The translations under genes were made by a program, and so were the position numbers. From an uncultured Gammaproteobacteria bacterium (lineage in GTDB: Bacteria; Patescibacteriota; Microgenomatia; UBA8517), in NCBI GenBank assembly GCA_965231135.1, contig OZ246419.1, positions 184,754 through 248,753 of the forward strand: a stretch of 64,000 nucleotides of DNA, written 5' to 3'. Positions within the stretch are counted from its first letter, which is position 1. Each line of letters starts with the position of its first letter. Shown here piece after piece: positions 10,136 to 19,224 of this stretch. The notes beneath the pieces are model-generated. The model did no database searches. It saw only the letters and a program-made list of their open reading frames with translations, and was not told the origin of the DNA.

Positions 10136-10711
10136 TTATTTAAACTTCAGAGTAGAAAGGATTTGGATGTCAAGAGGATTTGTGGAATCATAAGTGATTC
10201 CGTAGACTTTGTTTTTATTTTCAATAACTGCAGTGTCTAATTTATTTTGGATTCCATCAAATTTATAAGCTTGCCCAAAAATACTTCCAATTCCTGGATT
10301 ACCGTCGAAATTTAGATTTGGATAAATTATCATTAAATATTTTTGTGGATAAGTTGCATCTATATTTGCTTTTTCATAAGCTATTTGCCAATCTGTTGTA
10401 GTGCTAAAAGTTGTTGGGTATACAGAAACTTCACTAACACTACATGAAGCGTCGCCTACAAAACAGAGAGCAAAACCATCATGATCCTCGCCATCTTGGA
10501 CATGTTTTTCGATTCTATCTGCAGGATAATAAATTGAAAAATCATCTGCATCGTATTTTGCCCAACCTTTTGGCGGATTTGAGGAGTTGATCTCAATTTT
10601 AGTGTAATTTATTTGAAGAGTTGGTTTTTTGTAATTTATATATGGAAGAGTTAGAACACTAATTATCAATGTAATTAGAATTGAAATAAATGTGGCAGTT
10701 TTTAAATTCAT
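10136..10711 (-). CDS. hypothetical exported protein (PsbP-like, common in CPR)
   Basis: N-terminal TM; W..Y...FSIYYP...and QILSTLKF C-terminus. Confidence 0.65.
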   Translation of the reverse strand: MNLKTATFISILITLIISVLTLPYINYKKPTLQINYTKIEINSSNPPKGWAKYDADDFSIYYPADRIEKHVQDGEDHDGFALCFVGDASCSVSEVSVYPTTFSTTTDWQIAYEKANIDATYPQKYLMIIYPNLNFDGNPGIGSIFGQAYKFDGIQNKLDTAVIENKNKVYGITYDSTNPLDIQILSTLKFK

Positions 10712-10748
10712 CAATTTTATTATTGCAGAAAAAGAATAGTTTGTGTAG

Positions 10749-10780
10749 TATAATTAGCACTGGGAATATATGGCTGCTAA
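10749..10780 (+). promoter_or_regulatory. -10 box plus CIRCE overlapping dnaJ start codon
   Basis: TATAAT at 10749; TTAGCACTG-N9-GGCTGCTAA at 10754-10780 spans the ATG at 10770. Confidence 0.8.
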
Positions 10781-11624
10781 TTATTACGATACACTTGGGG
10801 TATCAAAATCTGCAACAGCAGAAGAAATAAAAAAGGCTTACCGTAAGCTTGCTTTGGAGTGGCATCCTGACCGTCATCCGAATGACAAAGAAGCTGCAGA
10901 GAAAAAATTTAAAGAAATAAATGAAGCTTATCAAGTGTTGAGTAATCCACAAAAGAAACAAATGTTTGATGCTGGAGCTGACCCAAATGCACGAGGAGGA
11001 GGCAATCCTTTTGCAGGGGGAAATCCTTTTGGGGGAAACGGAAGCTATAGTTATACATATAGTACCGCTGACGGGCAAAACCCTTTTGGAGATTTTGGAG
11101 ATCCTTTTGATATATTTTCTCAATTTTTTGGAGGGGGAAATCCGTTTGGAGGAAGACAAGCTGCAAAACCTCGCTATTCATTAACAATTGATTTTATGGA
11201 AGCAATGAAGGGAGTTTCTAGAAATGTAGAGATTGATGGAAAGAAGAGAACAATTAAAATCCCTGCTGGAGTTAATAATGGGAATACAATTGATTTTCGC
11301 GACTTTAGAGTCACAGTGAATGTTAAACCACATGAAATGTTTGAACGAGATGGTGATGATATTTTGGTGAATGTAAAAATTCCTTTTTCGATGGCCATCT
11401 TAGGCGGAGAAATAAAAGTGCCAACAATTGAAAAGGAAATAAAAATAAAGATAAGAAATGGAACACAAGCTGGTACCATGATGAGACTGCATGGAGAAGG
11501 AGCTCCGAGAATTAGCGGACGAGGGCGAGGAGATGAATATATAAAAATAAATATTGAAACTCCATCGCGTTTAACAAGGGAACAGAAACAAATTGTGGAA
11601 GAGATGAAAAGAGAAGGTTTATGA
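10770..11624 (+). CDS. dnaJ: DnaJ-class chaperone without zinc finger (type II/CbpA-like)
   Basis: J-domain with HPD, G/F region, C-terminal domain, no CxxCxGxG. Confidence 0.9.
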   Translation: MAANYYDTLGVSKSATAEEIKKAYRKLALEWHPDRHPNDKEAAEKKFKEINEAYQVLSNPQKKQMFDAGADPNARGGGNPFAGGNPFGGNGSYSYTYSTADGQNPFGDFGDPFDIFSQFFGGGNPFGGRQAAKPRYSLTIDFMEAMKGVSRNVEIDGKKRTIKIPAGVNNGNTIDFRDFRVTVNVKPHEMFERDGDDILVNVKIPFSMAILGGEIKVPTIEKEIKIKIRNGTQAGTMMRLHGEGAPRISGRGRGDEYIKINIETPSRLTREQKQIVEEMKREGL

Positions 11625-11629
11625 GTAAA

Positions 11630-12649
11630 TTAAGGATGAATGCCTGGATAAAGAGCATACTTTCGTTTCACTTTTTCCCACATTCGTTGTAAATCCAGAT
11701 CTTTGTATTCAGTAGTTCTTTTTTCATCTTTTTCGTATGGTCTTTGAATGTTGTAAAGTTTTGGTGTTGGAAGATTATCGTTTTGTTTACTCAGATAATC
11801 ATGAAGTCGCTTTATTGTTGTTTGGAATCCGTAATCAACAGAACACCAGCTTCCCGTCATTGCAACTCCTGAGTCAAACATCCATCCACCTGAAGGATTT
11901 TTGACTTCTGGAATTCCATAATAAGAGATAATATTGCCATATTCTGTAAGTGATTTAAGATTCTCGTTATCTCTTATCGGGCTTGCTATAACTACTCCTT
12001 CAATTATTTTTTTAGGATCCAACTCCTTTTTTAAAAGTTCACTGTTAACTTGACCCATAGCTCCTTTTAGTTTGGTTCCACTTAATATGAAATCGTCTGG
12101 TATGAGAACCTTTGAATGGTCTGGATCTATTGCACAGCGCCTAGCTATTGCTGAAGTGTCTGTTTCTAATTTAATCCTTCCTCTTATTTCAGGGAATTGT
12201 TCTGTTTGTGAATCTATCTCTTCTAGAATTCTAAGTGTTATGTATTGCGGGCTTCTGTCTTGATAGGGATATAAGTAGACTGTTTTTCCTTGTTGTGCGG
12301 TTTCAATAATGTGTCGTGCTAGTCCATATGATGCTTCTTGGAGTTCGTGTTCGCCAAGAAATACTAAGTTTTCTCCGAACGATGTTGCGAGTTGGAGAGT
12401 TTCCTGCGAATTTTTGTTACTATTTTTTTGTGAAATTGTTTTGACCTCATTTATATAATTGGAAATTTGATTAATTCCTTCTGCTTCAGTTATTTTATTT
12501 TCATACCCTCGATTGAATGGAACACCTTCTGGAATTGATGTGATCATATTGGTTCGAGGAACGGGATGGTCGAGGACTTGTTTTAATTTTGGGCCCTCTT
12601 TAAAGTATATAAAACTCTGTTCACGGTTATTGATTTCTGTTTCTGACAC
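11630..12649 (-). CDS. hypothetical protein with phosphoribosyltransferase-like motif
   Basis: VLIPDDFILSGTKL resembles the PRPP-binding loop. Confidence 0.5.
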   Translation of the reverse strand: MSETEINNREQSFIYFKEGPKLKQVLDHPVPRTNMITSIPEGVPFNRGYENKITEAEGINQISNYINEVKTISQKNSNKNSQETLQLATSFGENLVFLGEHELQEASYGLARHIIETAQQGKTVYLYPYQDRSPQYITLRILEEIDSQTEQFPEIRGRIKLETDTSAIARRCAIDPDHSKVLIPDDFILSGTKLKGAMGQVNSELLKKELDPKKIIEGVVIASPIRDNENLKSLTEYGNIISYYGIPEVKNPSGGWMFDSGVAMTGSWCSVDYGFQTTIKRLHDYLSKQNDNLPTPKLYNIQRPYEKDEKRTTEYKDLDLQRMWEKVKRKYALYPGIHP

Positions 12650-12677
12650 AATTAATTATAAAACAAAAAACATTTGT

Positions 12678-12706
12678 TTGACTTCAAAAAGTAATAAGCG
12701 TAAACT
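12678..12706 (+). promoter_or_regulatory. sigma70 promoter of nusA
   Basis: TTGACT-N17-TAAACT. Confidence 0.75.
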
Positions 12707-12716
12707 ACTTTTAGTT

Positions 12717-12741
12717 AGGTGGGAAAGTTCCCGCCTTTTTT
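12717..12741 (+). terminator. leader terminator upstream of nusA (rimP-leader-like)
   Basis: AGGTGGGAA-AG-TTCCCGCCT then T-run, between promoter and nusA ATG. Confidence 0.75.
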
Positions 12742-12752
12742 ATTAACACATT

Positions 12753-13841
12753 ATGCCAGCACAAACAGCTAGAACAGAATTTGCACAAGCACTTAAAGCA
12801 GTTGCTACCCAAACAGGGCTTGATGCAGATGTAATTATTGAACAAGTAAAGCAAGCAATAATTGCTGCATATAAGCGAGATGCAAGAGAAGAAGGAATTG
12901 ATACAGAAATTAAAAATTATGATGTCGAGATTCATCCAGTAAGCGGTGAAATGAGAATTTTTGCATCAGATGTCGAAACTGGAGAAAACAAAGAAGACGT
13001 AACTCCTCCTGGATTTGGACGTATTGCTGCACAAACTGCAAAACAAGTAATTCATCAGAAACTTCGAGAAGCAGAACACGGAGCAGTTATTGCACAATTT
13101 GAAGGGAAAGTGGGAACTTTGGTTTCAGGAATGGTTCTTCGCTTTGATGGCGGAGATGTGCGAGTTGAAATTGGGAAAGCTGAAGGAATAATGCCTTATG
13201 ACAAAAGGATTCCAAACGAAAGATTAAATCTTAACCAAAGATTAACTTTTTTATTTGAAGAAGTAAAAGAAACTCCACGAGGACAAGAAATAATATTATC
13301 GCGCAATTCTGAAGAGTTTGTAAAGAAATTATTTGAACGAGAAGTTCCTGAAATCTCCTCAGGCAATGTACAGATAAAAGCAATTTCAAGAGAAGCTGGA
13401 ATTCGTACTAAAATCGCCGTTTATTCAAATCAAAGCGGCGTTGATCCAGTTGGAAGCTGTGTTGGGCAAAAAGGAGTGCGTGTACAGGCTGTTACAAATG
13501 AACTTGGAGGAGAGCGAATTGATATTATAGCTTGGACTGATGAAGAAAAAGATTTTGTAAAAGCATCACTTTCTCCAGTTGAAGTAATTTCAATTAAACT
13601 TGAGAAGAAAGAGAAAAAAGCTACTGTTGAAGTAGCTGCCGATGCACTTTCAATTGCAATTGGAGCAAACGGGCAAAATGTACGCCTTGCATCGAAGTTA
13701 ACTGGATACGAGATAGACATAAAAGCTGACGAAACGAAGAAAGCTGAAGAGGTACATGAAGAGCTAAAAGAAGAAAAACCAAAAGAAAGCGATGAGAAAA
13801 AAGAAGAGTTTTTAGCAAAAGAAGAAACTCAAGAGAAATGA
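12753..13841 (+). CDS. nusA: transcription termination factor NusA
   Basis: FGRIAAQTAKQVI, REAGIRTKIAV, DPVGSCVGQKG, AIGANGQNVRLA. Confidence 0.97.
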   Translation: MPAQTARTEFAQALKAVATQTGLDADVIIEQVKQAIIAAYKRDAREEGIDTEIKNYDVEIHPVSGEMRIFASDVETGENKEDVTPPGFGRIAAQTAKQVIHQKLREAEHGAVIAQFEGKVGTLVSGMVLRFDGGDVRVEIGKAEGIMPYDKRIPNERLNLNQRLTFLFEEVKETPRGQEIILSRNSEEFVKKLFEREVPEISSGNVQIKAISREAGIRTKIAVYSNQSGVDPVGSCVGQKGVRVQAVTNELGGERIDIIAWTDEEKDFVKASLSPVEVISIKLEKKEKKATVEVAADALSIAIGANGQNVRLASKLTGYEIDIKADETKKAEEVHEELKEEKPKESDEKKEEFLAKEETQEK

Positions 13842-13853
13842 TAGGCGCAATTT

Positions 13854-15227
13854 ATGAATACAAGAGTTCCCATTGTAACTGTAGTCGGCCATGTCGATCA
13901 TGGAAAAACTTCACTGCTTGATGCAATACGCAAAACATCTGTAACAAAAAGGGAAGCTGGAGGAATTACACAATCAATTGGAGCAAGCGTAGCTACAACT
14001 TCGAACGATTCAAAAATAACTTTTATTGATACTCCAGGGCATGCACTTTTTGCAAACATGAGATCGCGGGGAGTAAATATGGCAGATATTGCGATTTTGG
14101 TTGTTGCAGCGGATGACGGAGCGCAACCGCAAACTAAAGAAGCAATAAAGCTTTTACAAGAATCACAAACACCATTTGTGGTTGCTGTAACAAAAATCGA
14201 TTTACCAACAGCTAATATTGAAATAGCATTGCAATCGCTTGAAAAAGAAGGAGTCTATTTTGAAAAACGCGGAGGAGATGTGAGTTATATTGGCGTTTCT
14301 TCGAAGACTGGAGAAGGAATAAATGAACTTTTGGATTTAATCAGTTTAGTAAGTGAAGTAAATGAAATAAAAGGGAACGAAAATGACCCACTTAATGGAT
14401 ATGTAATTGAAACTGCAAAAGATAAAAGAGGACAGCTTGTATCAATTGTTTTAAAGAGCGGAAAAATTAAAATAGGGGATGAAATTTTTGCAAATACTTT
14501 AAAAGCAAAAGTAAAAGGTTTATTTGATGACAATCAAAAACCGACTAAAGAAGTGATTGCTGGGTATCCAGCGCAGGTGCTTGGATTTGATGAACTTCCA
14601 AAAGTAGGTAGTATTATTTCTTCTGAAGTACATGAAGAAAAGAAAGTTGAAAATAAGATTTCTAATAACACAGAAGCTAAATTAAAAATATTTGTGAAGG
14701 CAAAAACGGCAGGAAGCCTTGAGGCACTTCTTGCTAATGTTCCAGCAGGGGTTCAAGTTGTTGCGTCAGGGGTGGGCGATGTTATTGAATCAGATATTTT
14801 TATTGCAAAAGCAGGAAACGCTGATATTTATTTGTTTGAATCAAAATTTTCAAATCAAATAAAGAAACTTGCTGAAACAGAAAGCGTTAAATTAGAAAGA
14901 TATGATGTAATTTACGATTTGCTTGATAAACTTTCTGAAATTTTAGAAAAGGGAAAGGAAGAAATTTTAGGGAAGGCTGAAATAATTGCAAGTTTTCCGT
15001 TTAATGATAAAAGAGTTGCCGGATGCAAAATTATAAGCGGGAAAATTACTAAAGGAACAAGCGTGAAACTAATGAGAGGAGAAAAAGAATTAGGGAGAGT
15101 CAAGATCACTTCGATAAGAAAACAAAAAGTAGAAGCGCTTGAAGTAAAGCAGGGAGAAGAATGTGGAATCTTAATGCTGCCGCAACTTGATTTTGAGGCT
15201 CATGATATGTTACTATCGGTCGCGTAA
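13854..15227 (+). CDS. infB: translation initiation factor IF-2 (minimal, no N-terminal domain)
   Basis: [28 protein letters not shown]. Confidence 0.95.
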   Translation: MNTRVPIVTVVGHVDHGKTSLLDAIRKTSVTKREAGGITQSIGASVATTSNDSKITFIDTPGHALFANMRSRGVNMADIAILVVAADDGAQPQTKEAIKLLQESQTPFVVAVTKIDLPTANIEIALQSLEKEGVYFEKRGGDVSYIGVSSKTGEGINELLDLISLVSEVNEIKGNENDPLNGYVIETAKDKRGQLVSIVLKSGKIKIGDEIFANTLKAKVKGLFDDNQKPTKEVIAGYPAQVLGFDELPKVGSIISSEVHEEKKVENKISNNTEAKLKIFVKAKTAGSLEALLANVPAGVQVVASGVGDVIESDIFIAKAGNADIYLFESKFSNQIKKLAETESVKLERYDVIYDLLDKLSEILEKGKEEILGKAEIIASFPFNDKRVAGCKIISGKITKGTSVKLMRGEKELGRVKITSIRKQKVEALEVKQGEECGILMLPQLDFEAHDMLLSVA

Positions 15228-15235
15228 GTTGAAAT

Positions 15236-16063
15236 ATGCAAAATTCACTTAAATCAGTTATAAGTACAGCAAAATCTATTTTGATTTTATTACCGGAGAA
15301 TCCATCTTTTGATGAGGTGGCTTCAGCTACGGCTCTTTATCAAGCTATGACAACTGATAAAGATAAAGAGGTAAACGAATATTGCCCAAGCCCAATGATT
15401 GTTGAATATAACCGATTAATTGGCGTAAATAAGATAAAAAGCGAACTTGGAAATAAAAATCTTACTTTAAGTTTTTCAGGATATAATCCTCAAGGAATTG
15501 AGAAAGTTTCCTGGGATATTGACGATGGACAATTTAAATTGACAATAGTTCCAAAAGTGAATGTTGCTCCGCCAAATCAGGATCAAGTAATTGTGGGCTA
15601 CGAAGGAATTGCAGCTGATTATGTCATTTTAATTGGAGGAAAAGGAGATGAAAGTTTCCCAGTTTTGAAAAAAGAAGAGCTTGCAAGTGTAGCACTTGCT
15701 CATGTGGGAATTAACCCATTAACATTGACCGGAAAAACAATTGCATCTTTGGCATCACAAGCTTCAAGTATTTCAGAATTAACAGCAAATTTAATTAAAG
15801 CAAGCGGATACGAAATTACAAACGATATTGCAACAAACTTGCTTATGGGAATTGAAGAAACAACAAACCATTTTGCAAATTCTGGTGTAACTGCTGATAC
15901 ATTTGCACTTATTTCAGAATTAATGCGCGACGGAGGGAAGAGATTGAATCAAGGACAAGTGCAAGCTGAAGATTTTCCAACTGGAGCCATCCCAACTATG
16001 CCAAGCGATGTTCCAACTTCATGGACAGAACCAAAGATTTTTAAAGGGACTTCAGTAAGTTAA
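15236..16063 (+). CDS. degenerate DHH/NrnA-like protein
   Basis: ILILLPENPSFDEVASA and ASSISEL...IATNLLMGIEETTNHF match the DHH scaffold; catalytic DHH motif absent. Confidence 0.6.
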   Translation: MQNSLKSVISTAKSILILLPENPSFDEVASATALYQAMTTDKDKEVNEYCPSPMIVEYNRLIGVNKIKSELGNKNLTLSFSGYNPQGIEKVSWDIDDGQFKLTIVPKVNVAPPNQDQVIVGYEGIAADYVILIGGKGDESFPVLKKEELASVALAHVGINPLTLTGKTIASLASQASSISELTANLIKASGYEITNDIATNLLMGIEETTNHFANSGVTADTFALISELMRDGGKRLNQGQVQAEDFPTGAIPTMPSDVPTSWTEPKIFKGTSVS

Positions 16064-16064
16064 A

Positions 16065-16427
16065 ATGTCAAAAGCGGATAACGAACAAAATTTAGGAGCT
16101 GCAGAATTAAATTCGAGATTAACCAATCCAGAGTTTTTGATTGAAGCTGGTGCGAAGTTTATTGCAGATAATGATGAAGAATTTTTCGCTATTGCTGAAT
16201 ATTATCGTGATTTTGGAAATGTACTGCCTATGAATATTGAAAGGATGGGTGAATTATTAGATGGCTTGGACTTTTTGGTTGGAAGACTTTCTATACTTTT
16301 TCCTGAATACAAACAAAGACTTGGTGACTTAAACAGTTTTGGTCAAAGCCATACAGTACTACACAAAAAAGTAGAGACAGAGTTGTTTTTGAAGAGAGCA
16401 AAGGCTTTTGCAGATTTAACAAAGTAG
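16065..16427 (+). CDS. hypothetical protein
   Basis: 120-aa ORF starting 1 nt after the upstream stop. Confidence 0.55.
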   Translation: MSKADNEQNLGAAELNSRLTNPEFLIEAGAKFIADNDEEFFAIAEYYRDFGNVLPMNIERMGELLDGLDFLVGRLSILFPEYKQRLGDLNSFGQSHTVLHKKVETELFLKRAKAFADLTK

Positions 16428-16496
16428 TGATATACTACTTAAGATCGTAAACACAGTTTTGATTGAAATATCATTACTTTGTTACTGATGACATGT

Positions 16497-16787
16497 ATGG
16501 CATTACAAATAGACGAGAAACAATCTATAATTAAAAAGTACGCTCGAGAAAAAGGCGATACTGGAAGCCCTGAAGTACAAATTGCGTTACTTACTTCTCA
16601 GATTGAGAAATTAGTAAAACATTTAGGTGAACATGGAAAAGATGTAAACTCAAGACGCGGCCTTTTATCAATGGTTGCAAAGCGACGCAGACTTTTAAGC
16701 TATCTCCAAAAAAGAGATAAAGAGAGATTTGATAAACTCTCACAAGGATTAGGATTAAAGAAATCAAATAAAAATGAAGAAAAATAA
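16497..16787 (+). CDS. rpsO: 30S ribosomal protein S15
   Basis: DTGSPEVQIALLT...SRRGLL; start moved to ATG 16497. Confidence 0.97.
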   Translation: MALQIDEKQSIIKKYAREKGDTGSPEVQIALLTSQIEKLVKHLGEHGKDVNSRRGLLSMVAKRRRLLSYLQKRDKERFDKLSQGLGLKKSNKNEEK

Positions 16788-16814
16788 GCAGAGCTTGTCA
16801 GCTAAAGCTGATAA
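16784..16814 (+). repeat. double-hairpin element on rpsO stop codon / before pnp start
   Basis: ATAAGC-AGA-GCTTGT-CAGC-TAAA-GCTG-ATAA. Confidence 0.9.
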
Positions 16815-16815
16815 C

Positions 16816-19128
16816 ATGATAGAAAAGTCCATTGATCTTGGCGGACGAAAACTTACACTTCAAACAGGAAAAATAGCTGGACAAGCTGATGGAGCAGTTC
16901 TAGCTACATACGGCGAAACAGTAGTGCTTGCGACTGTAGTATCTGCAACCCCAAAAATGGTTGTAGACTTTTTACCTCTAACAGTTGATTATCAGGAAAA
17001 ACTTTATGCTGGAGGAAGGATAAAAGGAAGCAGATGGGTAAAACGAGACGGAAAACCATCTGATGAAGAGATTTTAACTTCAAGAGTAATTGATCGTAGC
17101 ATTAGACCTTTGTTTCCAAAAGAATACCGCAATGAAGTACAGGTTATTGTTACAGTTTTATCAGTAGATAAAGAAAATGATCCAAAAATTGTTGGAGCTA
17201 CTGCAGTTTCTGCAGCACTTGCGATGAGCACTGTTCCTTGGATGGGGCCAGTTGCTCCAATCTGCGTAGGACTTAAAGATGGACAATACATTTTGAATCC
17301 AACAGATTCTCAAATGCAAGAATCAAGTCTTGATCTTGTAGTTTCTGCAACTGACAAAGCAGTTGTAATGGTTGAAGCAGGCGCCGCAGAAGTAAGCGAG
17401 GAAGAAGTACAAAAAGGAATTGCTTTTGCACAGGATGAAGGACAAGTTTTAATAAAATTGATAAATGAATTTGCAAAAGAAGTAGGGAAGACAAAACAAG
17501 TTGTAGTTGAACATAAATACGATAAAACAATTGAAGAGAAAGTTAAAAAGGCAATTGGAAACAAATTTGATGAAATTATTCCTGAAATGGCCACAAAAGA
17601 AATGGCTGGGGGGATGTTTTTTGAACTTAAGAATGCAATAATTGATTCTTTTGAAAAAGATAGCGAAAAAATAGAAGCTGCTGAAGTTTATGAAAAATTA
17701 TTTAAGAAAGCAGTACGAGAAATTTTACTTTCTGGAAAGCGACCAGACGGACGAAGCCACACAGAAATAAGACCAATTTGGATTGAAGTTGGCGTACTTC
17801 CACGAACACACGGATCTGCAATATTTACAAGAGGACAAACACAGGTCCTGTCGATTGCAACTCTTGGAACAAGCCAAGTATCACAACTGCTTGAAACAGC
17901 AGAAGGAGAAGAAGAGAAAAATTACATGCATTACTACACAATGGCTCCTTTTACAACTGGAGAGACCGGAAAAGTAGGATCTCCAAACAGACGCGAAATT
18001 GGACATGGGGCACTTGCAGAGCGAGCATTGCAACCAGTTGTTCCTTCTATGAAAGATTTTCCATATACAATTCAAGTAAATTCTGAAGTCATGAGCTCAA
18101 ATGGTTCAACTTCCATGGCAAGCACCTGCGGAAGCACACTTGCTTTGATGGATGCCGGAGTTCCAATAAAATCTCCAGTTTCAGGAATTGCAATGGGTTT
18201 AATTGTTGAAGATGATAAAAAATATGCAGTATTAACTGACATTATTGGACTTGAAGATTTTAATGGTGACATGGATTTTAAAGTTACAGGGACTGATAAA
18301 GGAATTACTGCACTTCAGCTTGATGTAAAAACTTTACAATTAACTCCTAAAATTTTGGGAGAAGCACTTGAACAATCAAAGGCAGCAAGAAAAGAAATTA
18401 TGGATAAAATAAAAGCTGCAATTGCAGAACCAAGGCAATCAGTTTCAAAATATGCACCAAAGATAAAGACAATCAAAATTGATCCAGCAAAAATCGGCGA
18501 AGTTGTAGGCAGCGGAGGCAAAACAATTAAGAAAATAGTTGCAGAAACTGGAGCTGATGTAAAAGTGGAAGATGATGGAAGCGTAAATATTTCTGCAATT
18601 GACAGTGAGGCAATGCAGAAAGCAGTAGATTGGATTGAAGGACTTGTAAAAGAAGTACAACCTGGAGAAATTTATGAAGGAGAAGTAGTTCGTATTCAGC
18701 CATTTGGAGCTTTTGTACAAATACTTCCAGGCAAAGACGGCATGGTTCATGTATCTGATATGAGCGAGAATCCAGAAGAATTTGTCGACAATGCTGAAAG
18801 CAAAGTAAAAGTAGGAGATAAAGTAAAGGTGAGAGTAAAAGAAGTTGATCAAATGGGCAGAATTAATCTTTCAATGAGAATGGATCCATCGACTGATAAA
18901 CAAAAATCTGACCGCAACGGCGGAGATCGAGGAGGACGTGGAGGCTTCAGAGGAGGAGACAGACGGGGCGGTTTTGGCAGACGAGATGATCGAGGGCCAA
19001 GAAGAAGTTTTGGCGGACAGAGGAGAGATTTTCACAGAAACGATAGAGGATTTTCACGAGGAAGAAATGATGGGGAACAAGGCGGACCTCATTTTCCAGC
19101 TAGCAGATTTGTTGAAGAAAACAAATAA
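16816..19128 (+). CDS. pnp: polyribonucleotide nucleotidyltransferase (PNPase) with RGG-rich tail
   Basis: FLPLTVDYQEK, RREIGHGALAERA, SNGSTSMAS, GDMDFKV, KH+S1; alternative start at 16774. Confidence 0.98.
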   Translation: MIEKSIDLGGRKLTLQTGKIAGQADGAVLATYGETVVLATVVSATPKMVVDFLPLTVDYQEKLYAGGRIKGSRWVKRDGKPSDEEILTSRVIDRSIRPLFPKEYRNEVQVIVTVLSVDKENDPKIVGATAVSAALAMSTVPWMGPVAPICVGLKDGQYILNPTDSQMQESSLDLVVSATDKAVVMVEAGAAEVSEEEVQKGIAFAQDEGQVLIKLINEFAKEVGKTKQVVVEHKYDKTIEEKVKKAIGNKFDEIIPEMATKEMAGGMFFELKNAIIDSFEKDSEKIEAAEVYEKLFKKAVREILLSGKRPDGRSHTEIRPIWIEVGVLPRTHGSAIFTRGQTQVLSIATLGTSQVSQLLETAEGEEEKNYMHYYTMAPFTTGETGKVGSPNRREIGHGALAERALQPVVPSMKDFPYTIQVNSEVMSSNGSTSMASTCGSTLALMDAGVPIKSPVSGIAMGLIVEDDKKYAVLTDIIGLEDFNGDMDFKVTGTDKGITALQLDVKTLQLTPKILGEALEQSKAARKEIMDKIKAAIAEPRQSVSKYAPKIKTIKIDPAKIGEVVGSGGKTIKKIVAETGADVKVEDDGSVNISAIDSEAMQKAVDWIEGLVKEVQPGEIYEGEVVRIQPFGAFVQILPGKDGMVHVSDMSENPEEFVDNAESKVKVGDKVKVRVKEVDQMGRINLSMRMDPSTDKQKSDRNGGDRGGRGGFRGGDRRGGFGRRDDRGPRRSFGGQRRDFHRNDRGFSRGRNDGEQGGPHFPASRFVEENK

Positions 19129-19152
19129 GCAGAGCTTGTGCCTTCGGCATAA
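19125..19152 (+). repeat. double-hairpin element on pnp stop codon
   Basis: ATAAGC-AGA-GCTTGT-GCC-TTC-GGC-ATAA. Confidence 0.9.
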
Positions 19153-19224
19153 TACTTCAGAAGATTTGCATAAATTTTTGTAAAAAATTATTCAGCCTTA
19201 AAAATTTATTACCACTTCCCTATT

